Assembly (NCBI GenBank): GCA_965219385.1
Contig: CBDCNM010000002.1
Span: 2,860,305-2,924,304 of the forward strand
Length of the DNA: 64,000 nt
Source: Candidatus Latescibacterota bacterium
Lineage (GTDB): Bacteria > Latescibacterota > UBA2968 > UBA8231
Direction of reading: 5' to 3'
The notes under the pieces were generated by a model. It worked only from the letters and a program-made list of their open reading frames with translations, made no database searches and had not been told where the DNA came from. Position 1 is the stretch's first letter, and the number at the start of each line of letters is the position of its first letter. Positions 27,155 through 36,319 of this stretch are shown piece by piece. The translations under genes and the position numbers were made by a program.

Positions 27155-28260
27155 CAGAACCGCCTTTGCTGCGCCGGAGGCTGTTCGGTAAAGTGCAGCG
27201 GCAGGTACTGGGTCTTTCCCCCCCGGACGATTTTCAGGTTGCACTGATCGTCCACTCTGAAACCCTGCAAAGCGGCGATGGCCTCCTGGCGATTGCTGAT
27301 CTTTTCTCCACTTATTTCTATGATCACATCTCCTTTTTCGAGACCTGCCACGTAGGCCGGGCTTTCCGCTTGAACCTTTACGACCATAACTCCGTCCGTG
27401 GTAGGGAGTTCCAGGTACTCGGCCAGCGGTCTGGTGATGTCTTGCAGCGAAAGGCCGATCCAGGGCATCCGGATCTTGCCGTGCTGCCGGATCTCTTCCA
27501 GGAAGCGGTGGGCAGTGTTGATGGGAATGGCAAAGCCAATCCCGATCGAGCCAATGCTCTGGGCACTTTCGGTATAGATAACACTGTTGATGCCAATGAT
27601 TTCACCCAGGGCGTTTACCAGGGGCCCGCCGCTGTTGCCCTGGTTGATGGAGGCATCCGTCTGGATCATGTCGCGGTACAGGTAGTCCTCTCGGGACGCG
27701 GGAATCTCCCGGTTCACCGCGCTGATCACGCCGGCGCTGACCGTGCCGCCCAGCCCAAAGGGATTGCCGATGGCAACAGCCCATTCTCCTACGAGAATAT
27801 CATCCGAATTTCCCAGCGGCGCAACCGGAAGATCTGTGGTCTCGATCTTTAGAATGGCCAGGTCGAAGGCCAGATCGGAACCGATATAATCGGCTTCAAA
27901 GCTCTGGTCGTCCGGCAGCAAAACCGCGATTCTGTAGGGACCTTGGGGGGTGCGGATGACGTGGTCGTTGGTCAGGATATAACCATCGGCGGAAACGATC
28001 AGGCCGGAGCCGCCGAAGGTGCGCTCTCTTTCTCCTGGCACGGCAACGTAAGGGGAGAAAAAATGCAGGAAGGGATCGCCGCGATAGTAGCGCGTTACCC
28101 TCTCCCGGTAGGTGACGTAGATGCTGACCACCGAGGGCTGCACCTGCTCGACCGCCCGCACCACGGCGGTGCGGCGGGAGGTAGTGAACTCCTCGGCCTT
28201 TCCGTCTATACCCAAAGCAAGAATAAACAACAAGATAGTACTGATAAAGGTAGGTTGCAA
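27154..28260 (-). CDS. Periplasmic serine endoprotease DegP/HtrA (trypsin-like plus PDZ).
   Basis: Signal peptide; GNSGGPLVN catalytic serine motif; C-terminal PDZ. Confidence 0.85.
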   Translation of the reverse strand: MQPTFISTILLFILALGIDGKAEEFTTSRRTAVVRAVEQVQPSVVSIYVTYRERVTRYYRGDPFLHFFSPYVAVPGERERTFGGSGLIVSADGYILTNDHVIRTPQGPYRIAVLLPDDQSFEADYIGSDLAFDLAILKIETTDLPVAPLGNSDDILVGEWAVAIGNPFGLGGTVSAGVISAVNREIPASREDYLYRDMIQTDASINQGNSGGPLVNALGEIIGINSVIYTESAQSIGSIGIGFAIPINTAHRFLEEIRQHGKIRMPWIGLSLQDITRPLAEYLELPTTDGVMVVKVQAESPAYVAGLEKGDVIIEISGEKISNRQEAIAALQGFRVDDQCNLKIVRGGKTQYLPLHFTEQPPAQQRRF

Positions 28261-28370
28261 GATGCTTGTTCTCCATCCTGTCGGGAAAGGCGGTAAATTG
28301 ATATTAACCCATTAAAAAAACTAAAGATAATATCATAATAATGTATATGCAAATGAGCGGGAGGAGAGAT

Positions 28371-29111
28371 TCAGCAGCCCTCCGGGTAGGAGACGTGGAG
28401 CAAACACAGACCCTGGGCCGGGGCCGTGGGGCCGGCCTGGGCGCGGTCCCCGGCTTTGAGCAGGGTAGCCATGTCGGCCGGGAGGCGCCGTCCCCTGCCG
28501 ATCTCGACCAGGGTGCCGACGATGATGCGCACCATGTGGCGCAGAAAGCGGTCGGCCTCGATTTCGAAGATCCACTCGCGGTCCCGAACCTGCCAGGCGC
28601 AGTGGAGGACGTGACAACAGAGATTGTCCGGAACCGGGTCCTGCTTGCAAAAGGCCCCGAATGAATGGATGCCCGGCAGGGAGCGGGAGGCTACCATCAT
28701 GGCGTCGAGGTCGAGGGACCCGTAAAAACTCCAGACCTGCCGGCGGTAGAGGGCGGGTTTGGCCGCGCAAATGCGGTAGCGGTAGCGCTTGCTGACTGCG
28801 CTGTAGCGGGCATGGAAGTCAGGGGCGGCTTCTTCGACCTTGAGCACGGCGATATCCGCAGGCAGCAAGCCGTTGAGAGCCTGCTGGATGCGGTAGAGCG
28901 AATGGTCGGAAAGGGTACGGAAATGCGCTACCTGGCCCAGGGCGTGGGCCCCGGTGTCGGTGCGTCCCGAACCAGTGGGGCACACAGGTTCCCGCAGAAA
29001 GGTCTGGAGGGCGCGGGTCAGTTCTCCCTGTACGGTGCGGCCCGTGGCCTGGATCTGCCAGCCGAGAAAGTCGGTGCCGTCGTACTCGAGGACCAGGCGG
29101 ATGGTGCGTCT
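28371..29111 (-). CDS. truA: tRNA pseudouridine(38-40) synthase TruA.
   Basis: RTIRLVLEYDGTDFLGWQIQ...GRTDTGAHALGQVAHF...FLRHMVRIIVG. The 457-aa track ORF is over-extended upstream; the start lies near 29111-29120. Confidence 0.75.
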   Translation of the reverse strand, partial: RRTIRLVLEYDGTDFLGWQIQATGRTVQGELTRALQTFLREPVCPTGSGRTDTGAHALGQVAHFRTLSDHSLYRIQQALNGLLPADIAVLKVEEAAPDFHARYSAVSKRYRYRICAAKPALYRRQVWSFYGSLDLDAMMVASRSLPGIHSFGAFCKQDPVPDNLCCHVLHCAWQVRDREWIFEIEADRFLRHMVRIIVGTLVEIGRGRRLPADMATLLKAGDRAQAGPTAPAQGLCLLHVSYPEGC

Positions 29112-29173
29112 TTGACCGCGTGCTCCGGATGTAGGGGATGCCGGATGTTGTTGTGGAGGACTCGGTTCCAAGG

Positions 29174-30025
29174 CTAAACAGGCAGCAGGAAGGGAAGCGA
29201 GATAACCACGGCGATGGCGGCGAGTACCGTCAAACCGGTGTAGAGATCGGACATCCCGAACTTCAACTCGCGGAAATGGGTGCGCTCTGTGCCGCCCCGA
29301 TAGCAGCGGCTTTCCATGGCCAGGGCAAGGCGGTCGGCCCGGGCAAAAGCTGAAATGAACAGGGGTACCAGCAAGGGGATCAGGTTTCTGGCGCGGCGGA
29401 TCGGACCTCCGGTGAAATCCGCTCCCCGTGCCAGCTGGGCCTTGTGCAGGCGTTCGGCCTCTTCGACCAGCACCGGGACAAAGCGCAGCGAAATGCTCAC
29501 CAGCATGGCCAGCTCGTGGGCGGGGAAACCGATGCGGCGCAAGGGGGAAAGCAGCCTTTCCAGTCCGTGGGTCAACTCCATGGGCGCCGTGGTCAGGGTC
29601 AGCAGAGAAGCGGTGATGATGATCAGGTAGAGCCGCAGTGAGAAGAAGGCGCCTCTCTGTAGACCCTCCAGGGTGACAAAAAGGTCCACAGCGGGCAGAT
29701 GCCACAAAACCTTGTAGGGTTGCGGAGGAGGCCACAGAGCCCATATCACCATGGTGAATAAAAACAACCAGATGAAGGGGCGCAGGTTTTTCACGACTAC
29801 CCCTACCGGGACTCGGGCCAGGGGAACCACCAGGACCAGGAAGAGACCAAAAAACAACAGGGGGGCAAACAGGTACTTGCGGCCGGGGGGGGCAAATACC
29901 TGGGCTGTGAAGAGGGCGGTCATCAGCAGCATGACGGAGACGAACTTGGTCCTGGGATCGAGGCGGTGGAGCGGGGAATCGGCGGCAATGTATTTGCCCA
30001 GGGTGATGTCTTGCAGAAAGGCCAC
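29174..30025 (-). CDS. ecfT: Energy-coupling-factor transporter transmembrane component EcfT (CbiQ family).
   Basis: MAFLQDITLGKYIAADSPLHRLDPRTKFV... is the typical EcfT N-terminus; polytopic. Confidence 0.7.
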   Translation of the reverse strand: MAFLQDITLGKYIAADSPLHRLDPRTKFVSVMLLMTALFTAQVFAPPGRKYLFAPLLFFGLFLVLVVPLARVPVGVVVKNLRPFIWLFLFTMVIWALWPPPQPYKVLWHLPAVDLFVTLEGLQRGAFFSLRLYLIIITASLLTLTTAPMELTHGLERLLSPLRRIGFPAHELAMLVSISLRFVPVLVEEAERLHKAQLARGADFTGGPIRRARNLIPLLVPLFISAFARADRLALAMESRCYRGGTERTHFRELKFGMSDLYTGLTVLAAIAVVISLPFLLPV

Positions 30026-30034
30026 GGCAAAGAG

Positions 30035-31033
30035 TCAGGGCAAAAAGCGGGTGGTGAAGGCCTTGCTCGCCTGGAGGGCGCCGGCCTCGATCAGGTGGGC
30101 CTCGACCAACTGCTGGAGCAGGGTCTCCCAGCGGGCAGAGGACATGTGGCCCAGGCCCTGTTGACGGGCTGTAGCATCCAGGACCAGGGGCTGCGATTCC
30201 CGGGCGCCATAGGCCAGGATTTCCAGGCCCATCTCCGGGTTGAGCTGGTGGATGTGGCGGTTGGTTTCCTCGGGCGCCCGCAGGTAGTGGGCCCAGCCCT
30301 GCACAGAGGCCCGGACCATGGCGGCGACCACCTCCGGACGCGTGGCCACGACCTCTTCGGTGGCAATCAGAACGCTGGCATAAGGGTTAAAGCCGATATC
30401 GGCGACCAGCAAGGAACGAGGCTGTCCGCCCTTGCTGCGCGCCACAAAGGGCTCGCTGAAGATGTAAGCCTGCTGGGCAAAGTTCGGGTCCATGAGAAAC
30501 TGGGTGACATTGCCCGGGTAGGGTACGATTTTCACGCCTTCAAAGGGGAACTTCGCGCGCAGGTAATGGGAAAAGGCCGGCCGCTGCGACAGGGCCAGGG
30601 TGATGTTGCGAATGTCCTGGATGCGGTCAATGCCCGCGTCGGCGTGGACCATGATACAGCGCGGATTGACCTGGTAGGGGGCCATGAGGGCCACCACGGG
30701 CGCTTCCTGGACCCGGGTGACCAGGACATCGTCCGCATTGGTGACGCCGAATTCCACCGCTCCGGTGGCGACGCGCTGGATGACCGGAGCATCCGGACCG
30801 CCGCCGAGTATCTCCACCTCCAGCCCCCCTTTCTGGTAGTAGCCGTGGACCAGGGCGGCGTAAAAACCGCCGTGCTCGGCCTCCGGGAACCAGTTGAGGG
30901 CGAGTTTGACCCGGGCGGGTCCAGGGGGCAATTGTGGGTCGGGTTTGTCGGAGGGGGCCTCCTGGCTGCACCTCGTCAGGGCAGTGCAAAAAAGGAAGCA
31001 TAAGCATGTAAGAAGGCTTCTAAGATTTTTCAT
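30035..31033 (-). CDS. ABC transporter substrate-binding protein, NMT1/THI5-like (NitT/TauT family).
   Basis: Signal peptide or lipoprotein (LTRCSQ). LALNWFPEAEHGGFYAAL... typical of NMT1/ThiY-type substrate-binding proteins. Confidence 0.7.
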   Translation of the reverse strand: MKNLRSLLTCLCFLFCTALTRCSQEAPSDKPDPQLPPGPARVKLALNWFPEAEHGGFYAALVHGYYQKGGLEVEILGGGPDAPVIQRVATGAVEFGVTNADDVLVTRVQEAPVVALMAPYQVNPRCIMVHADAGIDRIQDIRNITLALSQRPAFSHYLRAKFPFEGVKIVPYPGNVTQFLMDPNFAQQAYIFSEPFVARSKGGQPRSLLVADIGFNPYASVLIATEEVVATRPEVVAAMVRASVQGWAHYLRAPEETNRHIHQLNPEMGLEILAYGARESQPLVLDATARQQGLGHMSSARWETLLQQLVEAHLIEAGALQASKAFTTRFLP

Positions 31034-31059
31034 CTCTTGCTGCTTTTAAATAAGGACCA

Positions 31060-31302
31060 TCAGTACTTGACGAAATGAGCGAACGGCCGTGCGGGGCTTG
31101 TGCCTCTGGCGTTTTATGAGGCCCAGGGCGCTCTTGCCCCTCGCCACACCCCCAGGTAGGCCTGAATCCCAGAGCCTCCTTTTCCCCGCTCCAGCCCCTA
31201 CCCCCTCCCTGCTGCTGCGCCTGCTCGCAGTCCCCACCGCCCTGCCGGCACCCCTCCCGGCCTTGAGGTCCAAATAGGTACGGGTATTTCGTGAAGTACT
31301 GA
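31060..31302 (-). repeat. Full-length (243-bp) MITE-like element with 17-bp TIRs.
   Basis: tcagtacttgacgaaat ... atttcgtgaagtactga. Reverse complement of the copy at 39540-39788. Confidence 0.7.
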
Positions 31303-31305
31303 CTA

Positions 31306-31340
31306 TCAGTACTTGACGAAATGAGCGAACGGCCGCAAGG
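31306..31340 (-). repeat. Partial tandem second copy of one MITE end.
   Basis: tcagtacttgacgaaatgagcgaacggccg repeated directly after the full copy. Confidence 0.5.
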
Positions 31341-31349
31341 GGACCTCGA

Positions 31350-32140
31350 CTAGGGCTCTTTGACGCGGCCCCAGCGGACTAGGAAGAAATTACTCAAAAT
31401 GTTGACGCTCGTAAAGATGGTCAGCCCCAGCAGGGTACAGAATAGAATACAGGCGAAGAGGTAATCGGTCTTGGCCTGACCATTGGTCAGGATGATCAGG
31501 TAGCCCAGACCGAAATCCTCGGTGCCGTAGCCGGCGAAGAACTCGCCGACGATGGCCCCGATCACCGACAGCCCGCTGGAGATCCGGGCGCCGGTGAGCA
31601 TGTTGGGGACGGCATTGGGAATCCGCAGCTTGAGCAGGATTTGCCAGCGACTGGCGTTGTTCAGGGTAAAAAAATCCAGTTGGTCGGGATGGACCGTGGT
31701 CAGGCCCGTGGTGGTATTGGCGATGATGGGGAAGAGGGAGATGATGAACGAGACGGCCACCACGCCGTAGAATCCGTGGCCGATCCACAGGATGATGAGC
31801 GGGGCGATAGCCACGATGGGCACGGTCTGGAGAAAGATGGCATAGGGGTAGAGACTGCGCTCGATGATTCTGGACTGGGAAAACAGCAAGGCGAGCGAGA
31901 ATCCGACCGCGAAACTCAGGACAAATCCGACCAGCGCGCCCATGGCCGTGAGCCAGACCGCGTTGAGCAGAGCCGGTAGATGGGCCTCGATGGCGCCCAG
32001 GACCCGCAGGGGGCCGGGCAGCAGGAAGGGCTTGATATCGCCCAGTTCCACTCCCAGGTGCCAGAGGGCGATGATCAGGGCAAAGAACAGCAGGGGCGGA
32101 GCGCAGGATTTCAGCAACCAGGAAAGGAGTCGGGCTTTCA
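31350..32140 (-). CDS. ABC transporter permease (NitT/TauT family).
   Basis: MKARLLSWLL...; six TM segments with the EAA-like loop. The 512-aa track ORF is an over-extension through the upstream ATPase gene. Confidence 0.75.
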
Positions 32141-32920
32141 TGCGCGGACCGTTGCGAGCTGGCGAGAAGCCTCCGCGGCGATGCGGGCGAATTCGGGCGC
32201 GGCGCGCAGAGCAGGATCGCGAGGATGGGCAAAGGGCACGGCAATATCCGCCAGCAGACGGCCGGGACGGGGACTCATGACCAGGACGCGCTGGCTCAAA
32301 AACACGGCTTCGTAGACATTGTGGGTGACAAAGATCCCGGTCCAGCGGTCCTGTTCCCACAGCCGCAGGATTTCCTCGTTGAGCCGTTGCCGGGTGATTT
32401 CGTCCAGGGCGCCGAAGGGCTCGTCCAGCAGCAAAAGACCGGGACGGGTCACCAGGGCGCGGGCGAGGGAAACCCGCATCCGCATGCCGCCGGAAAGCTG
32501 CCAGGGATAGGAACGGGCAAAGTCCTGGAGCCCGACCAGTTCCAGGACCTGGGCAACCAGTGGGGGCACTTGCGCGCGGGATTGGCGGCGGAGTTCGAGG
32601 GGCAGGGCCACGTTTTTTTCCACCGTGCGCCAGGGCAGCAAGGTGGCGTCCTGAAAGACATAGGACAGATTCTGGCGGCGGCGGCGGGCCTCCACTGGCG
32701 AGCGCCCGGCTACGGTGAGGGTGCCCGAGGTGAGGGGGAGCAGGCCGGCGATGAGGCGCAACAGGGTGGACTTGCCACAGCCCGAGGGACCTACTATGGA
32801 CACGAATTCGCCGTTTTCTACCTCCAGATCGATGTTGTCCAGGGCCTGGAGCCCGCTGGCGAAGCACTTTCCCAGCTGGTGGGCGCAAACCAGGTGTTCA
32901 GGTTGGTTTTCCACGGTCAT
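32138..32920 (-). CDS. ABC transporter ATP-binding protein (NitT/TauT family).
   Basis: Walker A GPSGCGKST, signature LSGGMRMRVSLARAL, Walker B LLLDEP. ATGA overlap with the permease gene. Confidence 0.8.
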   Translation of the reverse strand: MTVENQPEHLVCAHQLGKCFASGLQALDNIDLEVENGEFVSIVGPSGCGKSTLLRLIAGLLPLTSGTLTVAGRSPVEARRRRQNLSYVFQDATLLPWRTVEKNVALPLELRRQSRAQVPPLVAQVLELVGLQDFARSYPWQLSGGMRMRVSLARALVTRPGLLLLDEPFGALDEITRQRLNEEILRLWEQDRWTGIFVTHNVYEAVFLSQRVLVMSPRPGRLLADIAVPFAHPRDPALRAAPEFARIAAEASRQLATVRA

Positions 32921-32949
32921 GAATCCGTATCATGGCAGGAAGGCACGGC

Positions 32950-33894
32950 TCATCCCCGGGGATGGTAGGTCCGGTGGACCTCCTTCAGGTACCTGGTGTC
33001 GATGTGGGCGTAGATCTGGGTGGTGGAGATAGCCGCATGGCCCAGCAATTCCTGGATATCGCGCAAATTGGCACCGCCTTCGAGCAGATGGGTGGCAAAG
33101 GAGTGGCGCAGGGTGTGGGGACTGATGTGTTTTTCCAGACCGGCTTTGTCCGCTGCGGACTGAATGATTTTCCAGATACTCATGCGCGAGAGGCCCCGGC
33201 CCTGGAAGCTGAGAAAGACGGTCTCGTCGGAATGGGGACCGGCCAGAGTGGGCCGGGCTTGGCGCAGGTAGACCTCCATGCAGGAGATGGCCTGCCGACC
33301 GATGGGCACCAGGCGTTCGCGCGCCCCTTTGCCCAGAATCCGCAGGAGGCCGGCGCCGAGCACCAGGTGGGCGCGTTGCAGACGGGTCAGCTCCGAAACC
33401 CGCAGCCCGGAGGCGTAGAGGAGTTCGAGAATGGCGCGATCCCTTATCCCCAGGGGGGCGTCCGTGCTGGGGCCTTGCATGAGTTGGGCAATTTCCTCTA
33501 CCGTGAGAAAGTCGGGCAGCCGGCGTTCGAGTTTGGGCGGCTCCAGGCTTTCGGCCGGGTTGTAGCGCGTTGTGCCCTGGAGCAGGAGGAAGCTGTGGAA
33601 CCGCTTTATCGAACTGAGGTTGCGAGCCAGAGTGGCGGGGCTGAGGCCGGCGTCGCTGAGACGGTGGAGGAGTTGGGTGATGTGTTGTGACTGGGCCTGG
33701 TCCGGAGACTCCACTTCCTGTTCCGCCAGCGCGCGCAAATAGCGACTCAGGTCGCGGCGATAGGCCTCGACGGTATTGGGCGAAAGCTCTTTTTCCCGCA
33801 GCATGGATTGGAGAAACTGGTTGAGAGGGGTCTCCAGCCCTGCCGGCAGGATGGTCTCAGTGGAGGGCTTTTTAGGGGATGTGGACTCGTCCAT
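32950..33894 (-). CDS. Tyrosine site-specific recombinase XerC/XerD.
   Basis: LSPNTVEAYRRDL...HTLRHSFATHLLEGGANLRDIQELLGHAAISTTQIYAHI contains the catalytic R-H-R-Y residues. Start MDESTSP chosen. Confidence 0.8.
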   Translation of the reverse strand: MDESTSPKKPSTETILPAGLETPLNQFLQSMLREKELSPNTVEAYRRDLSRYLRALAEQEVESPDQAQSQHITQLLHRLSDAGLSPATLARNLSSIKRFHSFLLLQGTTRYNPAESLEPPKLERRLPDFLTVEEIAQLMQGPSTDAPLGIRDRAILELLYASGLRVSELTRLQRAHLVLGAGLLRILGKGARERLVPIGRQAISCMEVYLRQARPTLAGPHSDETVFLSFQGRGLSRMSIWKIIQSAADKAGLEKHISPHTLRHSFATHLLEGGANLRDIQELLGHAAISTTQIYAHIDTRYLKEVHRTYHPRG

Positions 33895-34417
33895 GTCGAA
33901 TGGATACCCCTTCCAGTTCCAGCAGGGCTTTTTTCCAGGGAATGCCGGCAGAGTACCCGGTGAGGAGGCCGGTAGAGGCCACCACCCGGTGGCAGGGAAT
34001 GAGGAGGAGCAGGGGGTTGTGGCCACAGGCATTGGCCACGGCGCGCGCATTGTCGGCGGGGACGCCGATCAGCTGGGCCAGATCCCCATAGCTGAGGCAC
34101 TTGCCATAGGGGATTTTGGCGATGTCCTGCCACACCTGGACCTGAAATTCGGTGCCCAACCGGTCGAAGACAGGCTGATCGAAGTCGACTTTCTCGCCCT
34201 GAAAATAAGCCAGGATCTGGGTGAGCAGGCGCTGGCCTTGCGGATGCGGCGGCATGAAGCGCCGGACCGCGGCCCGGCGGTCTTCCGGCTCAAAGGCGCC
34301 AATGCTCACCCTGAATACGGCTTGTTCGAACCAGTTCAGCTGGATGGTGCCGTACTTGGTGATGATGTCGGTCGCGCTTATGAGGTGCGCCGGAGGTTCA
34401 AACCTGTACTGGTTCAT
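33872..34417 (-). CDS. ogt: Methylated-DNA--protein-cysteine methyltransferase.
   Basis: IPCHRVV active-site motif; FQ..VW..L..IPYG. Confidence 0.85.
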   Translation of the reverse strand: MNQYRFEPPAHLISATDIITKYGTIQLNWFEQAVFRVSIGAFEPEDRRAAVRRFMPPHPQGQRLLTQILAYFQGEKVDFDQPVFDRLGTEFQVQVWQDIAKIPYGKCLSYGDLAQLIGVPADNARAVANACGHNPLLLLIPCHRVVASTGLLTGYSAGIPWKKALLELEGVSIRHGRVHIP

Positions 34418-36242
34418 TTTCGCGTTCGAGATAGGTCTTGAGTTCCTCGGCCAGCTTCAAGCTGAACCCCTTGACCGCGGCAATGTCTTCCAGGGTTGCC
34501 TCTTTGAGGCGCTGGACCGAGTGAAATTCCCGCAAAAGAGCAGCCCGTCTGCGGGGGCCGATGCCGGGGATATCGTCCAGATCCGATTTCAGGGTGCGCT
34601 GCTGGCGCAATTTTCGGTGGAAACTCAGGGCAAAGCGGTGCGCCTCGTCGCGCAGGGTCTGCAAAAGCCGCAGACTCGCCGAGGTTTTGGGCAGGAGCAA
34701 GGCTTGGCTGTGGCCGGGCAGAAATACCTCTTCCAGGCGCTTGGCCAGGCCGATGATCGGCTGTGCCTCTACGCCGAGTTCGACCAGGGCCTGCAGGGCG
34801 CTCGACAACTGCCCCTTGCCCCCGTCGATCAAAAGCAGGTCGGGGAAGGCCTCGTCGCGCTCGCGCAGCCCCCTGAAACGCCGCAGCACCACCTGGTGGA
34901 TCGAGGCGAAGTCATCCGGCCCCTCGAGGTCTTTGATTTTGAAGTGCCGGTACTCGCTGCGGCGAGGTTTTCCATCCACGAAACAAACCAGCGAGCCCAC
35001 TGAATCCGCGCCCTGAAAGTTGGAGATGTCAATCCCCTCCAGGCGGCGAGGCGGATTGGCCAGACGCAGGTCGCGCTGCAGGGCAAAGACGGATTGGGGA
35101 ATGCGATCTTTCTGGCGCTCGCGCTTGAGTTGGCGTTCCAGCAGGAGATGTTCGGCGTTGCTCTGGGCCATGTCCAGCATCTTGGCCTTGTCGCCGCGCT
35201 GAGGGGCTTTAAACTCCACTCTGGCATTGTTTTTTGTAGATAGCCAGGCACTGATTTCACCTTCGTCCGCCAGGGATACGGGCAGGTGGATCTGGGCGGG
35301 CGTGAAATCGGTCTGCAAATAGAACTGGCGCGCAAAAGCAGAGACGATATCTGCATCGGTGGATTCCATTATGCCGCTGAGAAAGTGGTGCTTTTTGCCG
35401 AGCAGGCGTCCCTCGCGGATCTCCAGTACGCTGCAACAGGCGTCGTCGTCGTTGCGGGCCAGGCCGATCACATCGCGGTCGATCTCTTCATCGAGCACGA
35501 CTTTCTGGCGGGCGCGCATGGATTCCAGGGCGTTTATCTGGTCGCGGTACTTGGCGGCTTCTTCAAAGCGTAGCGCCCCGGCGGCCCTTTCCATGCGCCG
35601 GTTCAACTCCGCGATAACTTCGGCATTCCTGCCCCGGAGAAAGCGTATGGCCCCGTTGATGGTTTCGCAGTACTGCTCGCTGCTGACCAGACCCTCACAG
35701 GGCCCCTCGCAACGGTGGATGTGGTATTCGAGACAGACCTTGACCTTGTCGCTGGGCAGTTTATAGTCGCAGTTCCTGATCGGGAAGACCTTCCGCAGCA
35801 TGTCCAGGGTGGTGTACATGGCGTGGACATTGCTGAAGGGCCCCAGGTAGCGCGAGCCGTCGTGGACAATGTCCCGGGTGGCGAAGATGCGCGGGAAAGG
35901 TTCGCTGGTTATTCTGATATAGGGGTACTTCTTGTCGTCTTTTAAGAGAATGTTATATCTGGGCTTATGAGCTTTTATCTGGGTGGCTTCGAGGATCAGG
36001 GCTTCCCGTTCGGTGGCGGTGACGATGCAATCGATGTCAACGACGTTTCTGACCAGGGCCTTGAACTGGCGGCGTCCATCGCGTGCGGATGCCTGGAAGT
36101 AGGAACGCACCCGGCTGCGCAGCCTCTTGGCTTTGCCAACATAAATGATGTGGTCCTCGCGGTTCTTCATGAGGTAGACCCCGGGCTCGGCGGGCAGGGC
36201 ATCGAGTTTAAGGCGCAGGTGCTCGGAGACGGATTGTTTCAT
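34398..36242 (-). CDS. uvrC: Excinuclease ABC subunit C.
   Basis: GIY-YIG (EPGVYLMKNREDHIIYVGKAKRLRSRVRSYF), UVR domain, RNase-H-like domain and HhH C-terminus. 614 aa. Confidence 0.9.
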   Translation of the reverse strand: MKQSVSEHLRLKLDALPAEPGVYLMKNREDHIIYVGKAKRLRSRVRSYFQASARDGRRQFKALVRNVVDIDCIVTATEREALILEATQIKAHKPRYNILLKDDKKYPYIRITSEPFPRIFATRDIVHDGSRYLGPFSNVHAMYTTLDMLRKVFPIRNCDYKLPSDKVKVCLEYHIHRCEGPCEGLVSSEQYCETINGAIRFLRGRNAEVIAELNRRMERAAGALRFEEAAKYRDQINALESMRARQKVVLDEEIDRDVIGLARNDDDACCSVLEIREGRLLGKKHHFLSGIMESTDADIVSAFARQFYLQTDFTPAQIHLPVSLADEGEISAWLSTKNNARVEFKAPQRGDKAKMLDMAQSNAEHLLLERQLKRERQKDRIPQSVFALQRDLRLANPPRRLEGIDISNFQGADSVGSLVCFVDGKPRRSEYRHFKIKDLEGPDDFASIHQVVLRRFRGLRERDEAFPDLLLIDGGKGQLSSALQALVELGVEAQPIIGLAKRLEEVFLPGHSQALLLPKTSASLRLLQTLRDEAHRFALSFHRKLRQQRTLKSDLDDIPGIGPRRRAALLREFHSVQRLKEATLEDIAAVKGFSLKLAEELKTYLERENEPVQV

Positions 36243-36319
36243 CGCGGGTCGGTTCGAGAGTATTCAGGTAATCGAGAATAACCGTTTTGTCATAGGGTGT
36301 CAAGCCGTATCAAAAACCT

